A stretch of 64,000 nt of DNA from Thalia democratica (lineage: Eukaryota): positions 31,000,001 to 31,064,000 of the forward strand of contig OZ241832.1 of the NCBI GenBank assembly GCA_965202585.1, written 5' to 3'. Shown here piece by piece: positions 61,618 to 64,000 of this stretch (its first letter is position 1; every line of letters starts with the position of its first letter). Below the pieces are notes generated by a model, which worked only from the letters and a program-made list of their open reading frames with translations, made no database searches and was not told where the DNA came from. Made by a program: the position numbers and the translations under genes.

Positions 61618-62700
61618 ACGAGCGTGTACTTATCTTCAGAGCGTTTTTTAGTAATTTTATAAAAGTGTTTAAACTTAAAACCCAATTATGTCCTTATCTT
61701 AATAGCTAATTAAAAACTTTTTTTATTGTAAAGAACGGTCCTTTGTCTTTAATTTAAAAAAAAATCCATTGAATTGGGGTTTTAATTTTTGAATTGGGCC
61801 CCTTTAAAATGTTTGTATTTTTTTCTAGTTTTTTGTTTTTACAACCTCATATTATTTTATTTTTTTCAAATTTTTTTTCTTAAACAAACTTATTAAAATG
61901 AGTATAATGATATTATAAAAAACCATATGTTTTTTTGTACCATATTCCGGAATAAATTTTTCAGAAAAATTCCGATTTTGCACGGCTTTCGTTTTTTAGA
62001 TATACAATCATTTATGCAAAAATAATATTTTTATTTCTAGTTATTTTTGTTTTAAACAGACTTGTATAGTTATGTTTTAGGATGTTGTGATATTTTTTTC
62101 CTAGTTTTTTTTTTAATATTTGACCCATACAAGTTTTACCTAAATTCTTAGCAACGCTATTTGAGGGATTTCTTGCTTAAGTGCTAAGAGTTTAGGTAAA
62201 ACTTTTATGGGTCTTATTTTTTAAAAGAAATAATAAACTAGGAAAGTAAATATCATAACATCATAAAAAATATCTATACAAGTCTGTTAAAACCAAAACT
62301 TTCTAAAAAAAACATTTTATTTTTGCATTAAAGGTTGTATATCTGAAAAACGAAAGTCGTGCAAAATTGGAATTTTCTTGAAAAGTTTATTCATGCTTAT
62401 GGTAAAAAAAAAGTATATAGCACCATTAAACTCATTTTAATAAGTATGTTTTAAAAAAAAAATGTTTTTTAAGAAAAGGTTGTATAAATAAAAAACTAGC
62501 AAAATCACAAAATTTTCAAAGGGGCCCATTCAAAAAGTCAAAACCCAATTCAATGGATTTTTTTAATTAAAGACAAAGGACCGTTCTTTAGAAAAAAAAA
62601 GGTTTTAATTAGCTATTAAAATAAGTACATAATTGGGTCTTAAGTTCGGACATTTTTATAAAATTTCTAAAAAAAGCTTTCAATCAAAGTTCACGCTCAT
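61618..62700. mobile_element. Foldback (almost entirely palindromic) non-autonomous element, probably Mutator/MULE superfamily
   Basis: About 520-bp imperfect inverted arms around a short spacer near 62165 (e.g. aaagaacggtcctttgtctttaatt / aattaaagacaaaggaccgttcttt). 9-bp TSD gtaaactta (61609-61617) / gtagactta (62701-62709). Absent from the paralogous D-A junctions at 7340, 27880 and 43075. Confidence 0.88.
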
Positions 62701-64000
62701 GTAGACTTATATTAGTAAAATTTCAATAACATGTTATCTTTTAAAAATCTAGTATTCAAACATAGTTTAGTACAGATATTAAGTCACTAGTTTTAGTTTT
62801 ACTTTTAAACTTAATTTAGTTTAATATAAAATAATTACTCTGAATCAGGTTAACAATAGTTTCAAAGCTACAGAACTCTGAATACTGAACAAACGTTCTA
62901 AATTATTTTTCCATGCACGAGTAATTTTAGTTGATTTGTTCATCCTAATCTGGCAACTATGTCCTGAAGTATACATTTAAATCTAAAAACTGAATAAAAA
63001 AATTATTTACTCATAAAATTAGTTACGACTTATTTTTTATTGCTTTTTATACCAAATTTTTGGACCAAATATTTTGAGTTTTTTTTTTGTTTTTGTTCAA
63101 TAACTAATAATACAGAATAACTTAAAAGATATATTAAAAAAAATGTTTTTTGATGAAAGACTTTTGAACTTTTTAAATAGTTTAGTTCATTTATTTTTTT
63201 TGCCTTCTCACAACTTGTAAATACTTTTTTTACTAAGATATTTTATTTGAATATAAATGCTTCCCTCAAATTACATTACAAAATGTTTATAGCCAAAATT
63301 GTCACACTAGTGCTGGACATTTTTAACAATATGTTTTATCAACCTACCATTTTAAAGAAATATCTAGCCATTTTTTCAGATATGCAAATAATTCATGCAA
63401 TTGTTATCTTCTAGTTTGTTAATTTTTTTATACGTTTTATGTAAAGGTTCAAATAAGACGGGTGTTTGTTGGAACAGTTGTATGTTAAGTTTGAAATATA
63501 AAATGATTGCTAAGAGTAAGTAAGTGTTTTGAATAAAAAAATTTTAGGTGTCTGAGTAAAATAAGGTTTACATAAAATTATTATCCTTAATATTTCTATA
63601 TTAACTATCCTGATAAATTATAATAAACATATGCTATTTTTGTTTTTATACAGTGTAATACTTAACTATTGTTTAATATTCTATCCAAACAATTTTGCTC
63701 TAACTACCAGAATAAAATTAAATGATTTAAGGAAAAAATGATAGTTTTTAAAACACATTATATGGTGTTTATTTTGTAGCAATAATAAAAAATATGAGGC
63801 TGTTTAAAAAGTATATATAAAAGTGTAATAAATTTTAATTTTATTTATATCATAAAAGTTATCTAAACTTCTATAAATACTTTTATCTATTTTTATATTT
63901 TTGTAAGAAATATCAATATTTTTTAGTTTGTTGCAAATATTAGATAAATAACCAATATACTGTTAATAGATACTGAACTAAGTTACACTATAATAAAGTT

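Overview
Very AT-rich (GC roughly 20-25% by eye), transposon-littered eukaryotic DNA. The composition and the CR1/Penelope/hAT/MITE content suggest an invertebrate such as Hydra, but that is inference only. The window is a degenerating tandem array of one head-to-head cassette, period about 15-20 kb: [multi-homeobox gene, minus strand] - [conserved non-coding blocks D and A] - [MITE-rich spacer] - [small conserved ORF, plus strand] - [intronless BACK + 6-blade Kelch ORF lacking a recognisable BTB domain, plus strand]. There are five Kelch copies: 1758, 12773 and 51062 are open, while 17997 and 33318 are pseudogenes. There are four small-ORF copies. The divergent triple-homeodomain gene has two full-length copies (40013-41540, broken only by two 1-bp losses in homopolymer runs; 55931-57343, with three nonsense codons) and two internally deleted remnants (about 6.2 kb and 26.7 kb). 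The homeodomain protein carries an N-terminal 14-aa tandem array rich in PSTS motifs and a canonical VIDLT SUMO-interaction motif. Kelch paralogs differ mostly in the predicted substrate-binding loops and show gene-conversion patchwork. About 4.9-16.7 kb is duplicated at about 25.4-37.2 kb. Transposons include a Buster-type hAT with an adjacent deletion, a MULE-like foldback with a 9-bp TSD, CAGGGTTGCCA-type MITEs, a CR1-type LINE remnant and two Penelope-like remnants. No rRNA, bona fide tRNA or CRISPR array was seen.
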